Shown piece by piece: positions 25,350 to 36,900 of a stretch of 64,000 nucleotides of DNA. Source of the stretch: Phoronis australis (taxonomy: Eukaryota; Animalia; Phoronida). The stretch lies in contig NMRA01000005.1 in NCBI GenBank assembly GCA_002633005.1, positions 2,145,114-2,209,113 on the forward strand, read 5' to 3'. The notes below the pieces were generated by a model that was not told the origin of the DNA, ran no database searches, and saw nothing but the letters and a program-made list of their open reading frames with translations. The position numbers and the translations under genes are program-made. The first letter of the stretch is position 1; the number at the start of each line of letters is the position of its first letter.

Positions 25350-28300
25350 TTAAAGTTTATTTAGATTCTAACCATAGGGCTACATGAATTAATTTGCCAC
25401 TAGGAAGTGTTAAAACTAAAAGTGGTAAGACCCAGTTGTCGTGCCCAAAGCACTGTACATAGGCGATACCTGGCTAAGCTTACGTGCAAGTACACACACC
25501 TCTCTGAATGGAATTAGAAGGAAATGTATAGCGGCTATTGGAGCTTCTTCCAAGAAACAAAGTTTTCGGTCGGTGTAGGTTACACGCCAGGTTTTATTTT
25601 TATAGTACACCTTATCTCTATTCACAGATAACTTGAAGACAAATGGTTGAAACGAAAAATTTGCCGATAGTACAATGGCTTATTTTGAAAGTGGAAAGTC
25701 AAAACTCCAAGAAATTGATAAAGAAATGAATGGAGACAGTTTTCGAAAATCAAAACTATAAATCCGTCTTCTGCCAAGGAAAAGAACAATGATTTAGACC
25801 ACTGAGCCCTATAAACAATCTCCACTTGCGCCTTGCCCACATAGAAAGCTACACTGGGTGTTTACGGCCTAGGACCAGTTCGTTATTGTTTAGATCAGCC
25901 GTGAGACACAAGCCAATTTGTTGAACCCAGTCTAAAGCAGGTCTCTCAAAGTAACCATCTCTAATTTAAGTAAGTTGAAACTATTCCTGTGGTAGGTGGT
26001 CCAAATAAAAAGTTACTCTTGACACAAGGCAGCAACATTAATGCTATTTTCTTACGAACTCGCGAGCATCTGGTGTTCGCGTTATTGGACTGGTGCCGAA
26101 ACGCAGAAGAGAGAATAAAAAGTTAATTTTATAGAATGTAAGGAGAGCGAAGTTCTACTGCTTTCTCAAAGAATAAAATGTCCTATATTTTAAAAATCTC
26201 TTAAATTAAAAAAGTACAATTTTAGAGTTTACCCAAGATTCGTCGTACGTCAGATATACGTTCGAGTTCCTGGAGGTTTATTCACGTGTATTCTGTGGTC
26301 GAAAGTAAGCTACTGTATGTCTATTTACTGAAACGCCAATGGTCGATTTAAAGGGTGTTCGTTGAACTGAATGCTTAATATCAAAAGTTAATAGGTACAG
26401 TCATCGCCAATAAGATTAGAGAACCAACTTTTACCACAAGCACAGCACAATTACTTGGGTTATTTTACGATAATAGTTTAATAGCCTTTCCGTGATTTCA
26501 TAGCGCCCTGTTTAAATCCGTAATCCTAAGTAACGCAGGAGTTTCACGCAATAGAGACAGACTTAAAGACTGTTCTTACGGCGAGGATAGCAAAATGTAA
26601 TCTATATTTTACTGTTCCAGCACACGTAAACCAATAGGTACATAATCATAATAACAAGTACTGAAAAAGAAGTTAAACCACCTCCACTCCGAGCGCTGTG
26701 GAAGTACCTATTAGCCACACACCAGCGACCCAATGTAACATCACAACAATGCTGGGCAAAGTCATAAGCTAAACGACACAAAGAGCATGGTGACCTAAAT
26801 ACAAATCTCGGAATAGTTTCTAGCTTCAGTTAACAAAAAATCTTGCCATTGGTATTCAGAGACTTGCATGTCGATCTAAAGCACATTAGATCACATTAGG
26901 TAAGCATTTGAGTGCTGTTGCTAATGCAAACTGGCCTGCTGTGCGATTGCTTTGGACGCCAAGGCATCAGCACAGTGGGTCTCAGGAGAAATTGAAAAAA
27001 TGCCAAAATCACCCTCAACGATATGGCTGGCTTCAGTAGGGTCACCCTCAGTCAAACACATTCACAAACATAATGAGCCGAAAGAGAGATAAAACGCAAT
27101 TTACTGTCATGTGAACGATTCAACTAGGAGATTCATTCGAATATCTCCCAGGTACTTTTCGGGCTCAATACAAACTTCTGTCCACAGCCAACCCTTATAT
27201 ATGTACAAGTGTAAGAAGATTTGGCATTTCAATACGTCTGTCGATGAAAGTAATGTTTATGAAATCATAGCACTGTTCTTTCAAAAATAACCATGCACTG
27301 AGATTCAGATGAATTGTCGCTTAAATTTTACTGTCTACTGAGTATAGGTAAAAATTACTCTTCAATATACTGACATCGAAGTAAATGTCACAGAAACACG
27401 TTGGTTTCACACTGGCAAACTAGATTTGTGAAAATTTCGGCCACGATAAACATGATACCGAATCCTCAAGGACTTTTCCGTTTAACAGAGATCAAGCAAT
27501 CAACTCTGAACTCCTGTCTCATGGCTCCTATCTGCTTACCTAGTATATATGTTTACATCTTATAAAGGTGTACCTCTGGCAAAGATAACACCGACGATTG
27601 TCAATACCTGCCATCTGTCACCTTTCTTCGTTTTTCATATACGGAATGTTTTGAATGCCGACATGTGAGTCTCTGGCACTTGAGGCGTGACACACCTTAT
27701 CATTTTTCTCTTGTTGTTTTTACTATGAAGCTACCTATTGAATTCGCGAACACGCAATCCCTTTCGTTGCAACAATGCGTTTCAACTTGAATCATCGCAT
27801 TCAAATTAACGATACCATGACGCCCATCATTTATTGACGACCACAGCAGGCCTGCATTGTCTCTTCCATTCGTAACAAGGCGAATGGCATAAAACAAGTC
27901 ACAATTTGTCCAATTAAGAATGCTAGAGAGTGTGTCCAGTCAATCAGGGTAATAGCGCACCAAAGCCGTAACGTTTTCAGAGGATGGGATGTCTAGCTAA
28001 GTACCTAAAGTAATCTTCGTGACTCACCTTCGTCTGTGTCAACTCATTCAATCATTCCGGCATTGTCCTCTGATAACAAACATACATTGCCAATGCTGCA
28101 GCCAATCGCCGCAATAGGCCCTACCTCATTGAATGAGGGCCCTGTCGTCAAGTACCTTCGCTTATATAATAAGCTGGACTGGGGCTCGGACCAAGACTAC
28201 ATGTATACCAGTACCTATGTATGAAGCGGATGTGGATAATGCACCCAAGTCGTTGCCTAGTTTGCTCAAATTCGTACAGATAACTCAGTTCCCCATGACA

Positions 28301-28454
28301 CCACGTATCACGCAATTTCCTAAAAACCCATATCGATACCAAAATTGTCTGAAACCTTATCAGTGTTACAACCGAAGTAAAAAATGCAGTATTATAGCAG
28401 ACCAAATAGACTGAGAACCCTCCCAAGTGGGGATTGACGGTTACCATGGTTGCG

Positions 28455-28656
28455 TATCGTTGGCCAAATGGATGAACGTTACGCACGTAAATTACGTGGT
28501 TAAGTTGATTCTTGTGAGAGGTGTAAAGTAATTTCTTTACGCCGCAAATAATTCTTTACGCCGCAAATAATTATTTCGTGCCTCAAACAAGAATTAACTT
28601 GCCCACTGTAATTTACGTTCGTAACGTTCACCCACTGACTCACTTGGCCAACGATA
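28455..28656. mobile_element. MITE with long (~65 bp) imperfect TIRs, TA-flanked
   Basis: TATCGTTGGCCAAATGGATGAACGTTACGCACGTAAATTAC... versus ...GTAATTTACGTTCGTAACGTTCACCCA..TTGGCCAACGATA. Internal 19-bp tandem TCTTTACGCCGCAAATAAT x2. A related copy lies at ~51104. Confidence 0.8.
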
Positions 28657-29493
28657 GTTGCTTGGTCCTGTGTCCGTATCTGAGACGGTACCCCGTTGAG
28701 CCTATTTCAATCCTTGTACATTGTAGTCACAATGCTCGCAGGCTGAAACACATAAATTCTAAGTTTTTGATTACGCGCAATGCCCATGGGTTTACAATCC
28801 CTCATGTAGTCTGCCTACGCACCAATTTGTCGTTATGCACTACTTATACCCGTGCCAACGACTGAGGAACTCGAAATTCATGAGATGTCGCAAGGGAAGC
28901 AAGGGCGCCTTGCCATAGACTAAATCACGCATTCAGGCAAGTCACGTGGGTCCCTTTTCATAGGAACGCCCTCATGCTGATGAGTTAACCTTCTGTTCTC
29001 AATCTACGCAAACATTAAAAAGGAGGACTTTTATTCCTGTGCACCACCTGGTGAATATCGAGTCTTTAACACTTGAATTCCAAAACAAGGTGACACAAAT
29101 AAGTATGTAGTCACAGCAACCGACAAAAGTGAGTTGCTTAACGCGCATGACTGCATGTAGTGGCATATCTATTGTCACTCATCAAAATGAAATTATTGCA
29201 CTGGTACTCGACTCGGACTGACGACAATATAGAGTGTGGCAATGTACTAAGGTCACAACAACGCCTCAGCTTAGGGAGGGGGAGTGGTGTATTGTCGTTT
29301 GTTTACCCTGGGTACTGTGATTACTTGTGTTGTTTGTGGACGTTTTAAATACCGTGATCTTGGTAGAGAGTTCAACAACTCTAGGACATCACTGAAAATG
29401 CAAGCTTTCGCGTGATATTGCCGTGCATTTTAAATGAGAGCATGTGTTTTTGGCTAGATTTTACTCTCCGCGATACAACTACTGAATTCTACC

Positions 29494-29670
29494 CTGGCAT
29501 GCGCGCACCCCGTCAAGAGGGGAGGGGGGATCGAACGAGACCCTCCTCCCATTTGGTGAAGTGAGCAAAAAGGTCCGCCTCAGAGAAACAAAACGTACCC
29601 TGTTTCGGTTTTTAGTAAAAGGTCCACATTCTCCGAGTCAAAAATTCGAGCCCCCGTGCGCGCATGCCTG
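29494..29670. mobile_element. Small MITE, hAT-like C(A/T)GG termini
   Basis: CTGGCATGCGCGCAC ... GTGCGCGCATGCCTG terminal inverted repeat with 1 mismatch. No clear TSD. Confidence 0.6.
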
Positions 29671-29964
29671 GTTATCTCAGTCATGACAGAGGTACCCGAA
29701 TGTAAAGCATGCACAGCAGACGAATCCACTTTACCCAAACAAACATGAATAATTCGTGCAGTTTCTACCTCATCGCAACCCTGAATTTGTTCGCCTGTTT
29801 TTGAAGGGGAGCGCATCTCAGTGGTTATCCGAACACCTGTTCATTAGAGAGTCCACTTGAAAAAGGGATCGACTCGTAGGGAGCTTCACTGACAACATGA
29901 GAATGTCATCATAGCGTAAGTTTGCAACTCAAGTCACGGCAGGCAACACGTGGTTGAATTCTCA

Positions 29965-30014
29965 TTGTCCCCCCCAAAAAATATGAGTCCGACTCATTTT
30001 TTGGGGGGTGGCAA
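29965..30014. repeat. 50-bp near-perfect palindrome
   Basis: TTGTCCCCCCCAAAAAATATGAGTC-C-GACTCATTTTTTGGGGGGTGGCAA. Confidence 0.8.
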
Positions 30015-31304
30015 GTAATGTTATGAGACAGATTTTTTTTAGATTCTGAGATGAATCAATTCGTTTTTCGTTTTTTTGCATCTAAATGCTGACTCGGTGG
30101 AAATGCAGCTTTAAATTCAAATTACGATGACGTCTTCACATGTTACATGATAAAGCCATCATAATGTTAATATACCAAGGGGAAACCTTTGTTACATGGT
30201 AAGGATCTTTCTGCTAACTCAGCCTAATTGTTGAGGAATTTGTGTTTTGTATTTACTTTATTGGTAAGTAAAGTACTTTTGGGGTATCTGAAAAAAGAAA
30301 ATATATAGAAGAACAATGGTTTCAATAAGCGTCGATCCCGTGTTGATCATGGTTTCCCATGACTTTACTGCGTTTTAGGTTAACTGAAAACAAAAAGGTG
30401 CGAACTGTTACGGTGTTCTAATACAGATCCAGGCCCCACGTGGCTGGCGATGTTTACGTTTATTTTGGTTTGACATGTTTTGACAGTTCATTCGTGAATT
30501 TATGTCACTGCAATCGAAAATTAACAAAAGCGATTAAGACAACCAATTCACTTGAACGAGAACGGCCAATGATAGATTTCACCAATGGACTGAAAGAACA
30601 GTTTCTAGGACAGCTCGTACTTACCCAACTCCCATTATGTTGGTCTAATTTCGTTTACCATATTCAGTTTGCAACAATTAAGCTCTCATTTCTAGCACGT
30701 ACCTGTTTCCCCGAAGTCGTCGATTCATCTTCTTGGGATTCGCTGTCAGCGTCCATGTAAACTTAGATCATGGCGCTCGAACTTTGCATATATCAATAAC
30801 AACGCCTGACGGAGTGCGGATTAGCACCCTTTGCAAACACACACTGGCCTTCGCAGTTTACGCCCAAAGCATCTATCCGGTGTTTACATTGAGAGCGTCT
30901 GACTGGAAGTCATAAAAGCGCCCTAACAACGCGTAGTAAGCACTTGTGGGAGACGTTCAATATTCTGTTCACCATAACTTGAGAACGCGAAAACGCTAAA
31001 TGACTTCATTCAGTTTGAGCACTGTGTCGATACAGCTGAATATTGTTCATGTGAAAGGCTTCAAAACACAATTCCTGCGATTGTTTGTATTATGAGGACT
31101 AGGGATCTTGATCTGGGGTTTTATGTAGATTGTGACCGATAGAGGGCACGTTTCAACGAGTTTATGCGAGATTACTAGGGACGCTTAATGTACTCGACAG
31201 GTAATGCTCTAAGTTGATCTGGCTAATTTTCATGTGAAAATTCTGTTCATTTATCGCATTAAGCGATAGTAATTAGTTAACACAGCATTAAGGCACGCAC
31301 AGAG

Positions 31305-32195
31305 ATGGAAACTGGCGGGCTACGAGAAAGGCAGTCATTGAAAAGTTTGTTAAAACAACATTATGAGGAACGTCCGCTGGAAACGGTGTTGAAGCCAGAC
31401 CCAGCACGAGCGGCCAGCATTGGGAAGGCATATGTATGGTTCAATACATTCTCTTGTCTGATCGCCGCTCATTCCGTCGTACCGGAGGTTGTCGACCTAT
31501 CATGTCAGACTTGGGCTTGGGTCGCCATTATTGTAATATTTCTGGAAATGGGACTGAATTGGGGATTGAGTTCGACTGTTAAAGACGCCAGTGCATACAA
31601 GCCAAAGGAGGGGGATAAACTTAAGGCACAAGATCAGATAGTGTGGAAACAATGTATGAGCTGTCAGCATGATGCGCCACCTAGATCCCACCACTGTAAA
31701 CTGTGTAATATGTGCATACTCAAGAGAGACCATCATTGTTTTTTCACAGGAACATGTATAGGATTCTATAACCAGAGATATTTTATAGTCTGGCTATTCT
31801 GGGTAGTGATTGGTCAGTGGTATGCAGCCATATTGGCCATCGTTTATCTCTGGAGCCGATTTCAATCATGGTCTGACTGGATTGTCCTGGTGACTTTCTA
31901 TCGTTACTATGAAGGAGTCGTTGATCGAACAGCACTGATGTGCACTCTGTTACTTTACATGTATTCTTTAACTGGATTCTTTGCCTTATGTTTCTTTGTT
32001 TGGGAAGTCATTGTAACTGTGTATGGAATGACTTCATATGAAGCATGGAAAGGCATTAAGAGATATCAACGGGGGACAATCTGGCAGAACTTTCGCAAAG
32101 TCTTTGGAAGATGGTGGCTGCTGAACTTTATATTCCCAACCCAGTATGCGCCAGAGGGGGATCCGATATATTGGTTTTCAGACAAGGAACATTAA
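31305..32195 (+). CDS. DHHC-type protein S-palmitoyltransferase (ZDHHC22/ZDHHC24-like), 296 aa, uninterrupted CDS
   Basis: Complete ORF with the cysteine-rich domain CMSCQHDAPPRSHHCKLCNMCILKRDHHCFFTGTCIGFYNQRYF. Four hydrophobic TM-like segments, a TTxE-like motif (MTSYE) and a PaCCT-like tail (YQRGTIWQNFRKVFG). Confidence 0.95.
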   Translation: METGGLRERQSLKSLLKQHYEERPLETVLKPDPARAASIGKAYVWFNTFSCLIAAHSVVPEVVDLSCQTWAWVAIIVIFLEMGLNWGLSSTVKDASAYKPKEGDKLKAQDQIVWKQCMSCQHDAPPRSHHCKLCNMCILKRDHHCFFTGTCIGFYNQRYFIVWLFWVVIGQWYAAILAIVYLWSRFQSWSDWIVLVTFYRYYEGVVDRTALMCTLLLYMYSLTGFFALCFFVWEVIVTVYGMTSYEAWKGIKRYQRGTIWQNFRKVFGRWWLLNFIFPTQYAPEGDPIYWFSDKEH

Positions 32196-32437
32196 TTGCT
32201 TTCTATTTGCCTTGGATTCTCAAAGCCATGTAGTGAATTGATTCAGGTGTGCATGAAACATGTGTGTATTAGTGCCTTAGCAGGTAATCATGCCATTTTA
32301 CAGTGTTTTTCATTGGACTGAACAATGGGTATCCAGGTACTAACAGTTTTTAAATAAATGTAGTCAATCCTGGCTACCTTTGGGTATTCTTAAAGCTTTA
32401 CAAACAAAGTAGAAATCATGTAATGAGCCACCATTGT

Positions 32438-32546
32438 TATTAGTACGTACATATTGAACTCTACAGTTATGGTATTAGTACGTACATATTGAACTCTACA
32501 GTCATGGTATTTGTACGTACATATTGAACTCTACAGTTATGGTATT
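32438..32546. repeat. Minisatellite, 3 x 35 bp
   Basis: Unit TATTAGTACGTACATATTGAACTCTACAGTTATGG with near-identical copies, downstream of the ZDHHC stop. Confidence 0.9.
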
Positions 32547-33277
32547 TGGCATGCCCTTTATACATCACTTGATGATCTTATATTTTAGTTAACTTTTCTC
32601 GTGTTTTCCCATTGCATTATTTATTGGTTGCATTTCGTCTTGATGAATTTGTGAACTATCTTTTACCCTTTGGCATATTCGCTCAGTTTCTTGGTCTATT
32701 CTGTTTCTTTGGGAGCAGTGTGCCAACAGGAATCTACAGTTAGACTGCTTAAAATCATGGTCAAATGCATGATTTTATGTGTTTGTTGGATGAATTTGTG
32801 CAGTAAACGTGTTTCCAATGATGAGTGTCAACATTACTATAACTAGTAAAAGCATAATGACATTTTACAGTGCCATGCTGGTATGTGATGCAGTTTACCT
32901 TGTGGCTTTGTGGATTATGTTAGGAATTGTAATCAATCAATATGGCCTGCATACCATTGTTGGTAGCAGTTGTGATTTCTATTCAACAGGGTGATATTGT
33001 TCAAACAATCATTGCCAATTACTAGCAAAATTATCCACAGCTATTTCAAATACCAGGAAATAATTATTGGGGCAATTATTGTATTCGTAATGCATCTATA
33101 ATGTATTTATTATCTATGATAATAAGTTATTTGAAGAACCTGTGTTGTTTTGTTCTTAATGTATCACTTCCCTTCGTACCATTAGTCCTCAAACCTTTGC
33201 TCTTAATATTTTTGTTCATTCCAAACTTAAAATTAATCTTTCACTAGAACTAGCAATCAAAAGTCTCATGTAAATGG

Positions 33278-33283
33278 TTTATT
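33278..33283 (-). terminator. Candidate polyadenylation signal of the PhyH-family gene
   Basis: AATAAA on the minus strand ~620 bp past the stop at 33901. Confidence 0.4.
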
Positions 33284-33900
33284 TTCGTTTAATCAGCAAA
33301 TACTCCCATCTACATGGCGTGTCAAATTGCAAGCATCGAAGCAGATGATTTCAAGCACAGTAAGCTAAAGTAAACACAAAGGCGGCGTTGTTATGGTGTA
33401 CATATGTGGCCACTGCCCATTCACCTAATTTGAAGTAATATGTCATGTTATTGATCACATGTTGTGAGTATAGCCCCATGGATCTATATTCGGATGACTT
33501 TGTTGAATGCGTGCACCAAAATGAAGGCTATAGGGGCGAAGCTTTTTCAACAGGCGTCAATAATGACGCGTGATTCCTTATACCATTTGTCAAATGAACA
33601 TTCGATTTGTATGTAATTTGTATACCCATTTTAAAATTCAAGCGCATTTCTACGGAGCCACTCGAGATAAATAAAAAGATGAAATATATCTAGGAACCAA
33701 GCCTTGTGACATGGAAAGCCATACACTCTTGTTATAAGGATGTAACGTCACGCTAAACTCACGACGTCTCTGACACAGGTACATGTAGGCCAGTACTGAG
33801 CCATTCCTTTACTGACCACGAGCTCTTATGTGAAAACTATTGCATTGAGGTAAGGGTAACGCAAATGACGAGTTACTGCTGTTGATGATGTTGTGACGAA

Positions 33901-36900
33901 CTAGGGCATGTTTTGTTGGGACCTATGCAAAGCTTCCGTGTGTCGGTTCTGATGCGTCATCTCCCATTTCAACATCCACGGGCCGGCAATGGTGGTGTCG
34001 AATTCATCTTCTTCCTGTTGAATACGATGTTTAGATTAAGGCGTGCGGAAATGACCTCAAAACGTAGTTATTTTTAAACTTGTCTCCTAAAAACTAACGT
34101 AAAATGTCAGGCATTTTGTCTTCGTTTACTTCAACAGACAATCGCTTTTTAGTTCACATTTGATTAGTTCCTCAAACATTTTCGATCAACTTCCATCCCT
34201 AAATAAACAGTTGAAAGGATATGAATCCGGCTCGATTTTTACCGAACAACTCAGAGTCATAAAATTACTATATCTCCTCAACAATAACATGGACGCACCT
34301 TCTTGCAAAAGTCTTGTTGCACAGTTGTCCTGTCGACGGAGCAAAACGTCTCCCAATCTGGTTCCAATTTGTCATTCTTTGCCGACCGCATCACTATGCC
34401 GTCTTTCAAGCCGAAGAGTCCGCACGGTTGATCTGGACGCTGCCACCGGAAGTCGAAGCTCCAACGAACGTCGTTGGAAATGTTTGGCAAGCTGAAATCG
34501 AATTCATGGAGTGCCCAGTTTTATGAAAAGAAATTTTACCTGTTTCCATTAATGCGTAATGGGTGATGCGAGTTTACATCGCTTCCGAAAGAAAACAAAA
34601 GTTTCCGTTTATCCACAAATGCCCAATCTGTAATTGCGTTTATTTGAAGGGAATTGTGTAGCTACACATAATGGAGGGTAATTCCGTTTTCATGACGTGA
34701 GCGACGGAATTTTTCAATTGAAATTGTTAAGAAACCGTGTCAATTTCAAGTTAAGGATTTGTGTATCAAAATGACAAATGCTTAACCTGGTAAAGGACAA
34801 GTTTGTGCTTTCGTAAAAATAAAATCTCAATTGCATGTAGTAATCTGTGTTCGCACAGGACCATCAACGTTCAGCAAGTGCGGTCTACACCCTGGGAAAG
34901 TTTGAGTGCCACAGTGGGCAACGCTTACTGACTGGGCATTCATAGCAAGGTTTGACTATGGACACGTGAAATTTTTTTGAAAAGCGCTCGGTCGAATTTT
35001 GCTTCTAAAACGCATTATTTCACGCATGGAATTGCGAAAACGCAGTGGTTATGATAATGGGTATATGCATCACTGAGTCGGGGATTACACATAACGTCAT
35101 AATGGAAACAAGGCTTTACACTTCGCTATTACAGGATAAATTTTCTAATGCAATTTGTGAGCAAGTTACAGTTTAGTAATAAGTTATAAAAATTATTTGA
35201 ATACTTAGCTCTTACCCGTGTATTCTAAGAGACTGTACTTTGCTGAAGTGAGCTAAATTCTTTTTGAAAACACTTGTGCGGAGTGTGACACAAATTTCCC
35301 AATGCCACTTTTCGTTAAACGAACCCCCAATCTCAGGCAGATGTAGGGGTGACGTCACGAACCTTGCCGCTTTTCGTTAAACGAACCCCCAATCTCAGGC
35401 AGATTTAGGGGTGACGTCACGAACCTTGAGATACTGGAATTCTTCGCTTCTTACAGTAGATGCGCGTGAAACCGTATCTCAAATTTTAGTTACCCTCAAA
35501 GATGTTGGCAATCAAAGTCCCCATTTAAGCGTTGTCCTAAATCTTCAGGTTTGTTGGCCGCCAGGTGTCTCAGTTGTTCGAAAGAAAGTAAAAATCCTAG
35601 GAATAGTTTTTTAGGTTATAGATTACAAAATAAGTGAGCGAAACCTCCGTGCGAATCGATCCGCGCACTAAAGTGAAATCGATGTTCAAAAATGCCAGAA
35701 AAGTAGAAAATATATAAAAATTGAACAGAAATGTCAGAAACTGAAATCAACGCAGTCATGACTAACAGTTTACTTATTTGACTCATAAATAATAAATGTT
35801 ATGAGTAACAATGAAAAATATAGATATGCAATCTGTGAATATTGATCTTTTGAAAAAAATGCGAGGCAGACAGTTACTTTAACAAGTTAATGTCACCTCT
35901 TGAAGAATTAGGTGTAGCAAACGTTTTGAGTTTTCGAAAGAGCGAAATCCAAATGGATGCCAATGGGCGCTCTTTTTGAGACAATTAACGCTTTCAAAAG
36001 TTGTCAGTGTCGGTCATCTTCGATATTTTCACGATTAGTATCATCACTGTCACCAAAAATCAGCTGCAGCGACGGCAATGTATCTGAATTATTAGTGAAG
36101 GATGCGACGTGGTCATATCACGTGTAACATGAGTTTAGACATACCTTCGGTGTGGAATCATATTATTGAACAGGACGAACCCCCCATAGCCCACGCTGCA
36201 TGTCTCGATATCTTTCTTGCAGTCAACTCCTTCAAAAATAGAACAATGTTTTTTAAGTAAAACAATTGAACGATGGTTTAGTCAAGGAGACGCGTTAAGA
36301 CGTACATGTGTCTATCTTGACATATAACTCTTTCCATGTAAATTACACCCACAGTAAATACACAAAAGGAGGCTTTTATGGAGCAAAAGCTCCCCATTAA
36401 TTTACAGTGTGACATGGAATTCAAAAATCACTTTAAAAAGAACAAGAATAACATCCCGTGTTACTTTGCTCGCGGATGACCAGAAGCATGAACGCAACAG
36501 CAATAACAAGCGTAAGACCACTGCATTCGGCGCACTTTGTAAAAACTTTAAAGGAGCATGCCACCCACAAAAAACCTATTTTGTATCAATTTAGATCGAG
36601 TAGTTCCACTCGATAACGGCACGTTCGGTTGCGTTACCTGACACCTGACGGCAAACAGAGGTGTTGAAATCATCCAATGACGTCATTGGTTTCACACGCA
36701 GTCTATTCAGTAGTTCACAGCACGGGTTACTGGTGTCAGCTTAACGCTTGAATTCATCGTTTAACACCAATGCACCATCAAACTTCGATGTAAAACCCTT
36801 AAAAACACACCGAGTTCTTATAAAACGTGTTGTATTATTTCGCTGTTACGGATTTGTTGGTATTTGGACACACCGTAGCCTACAAAGTTCGGCAGGCCAA

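Noticed and set aside
32438-32546. 35-bp repeats as a CRISPR array
   Set aside because: The units are head-to-tail with no unique spacers, there are no cas genes, and the context is eukaryotic.
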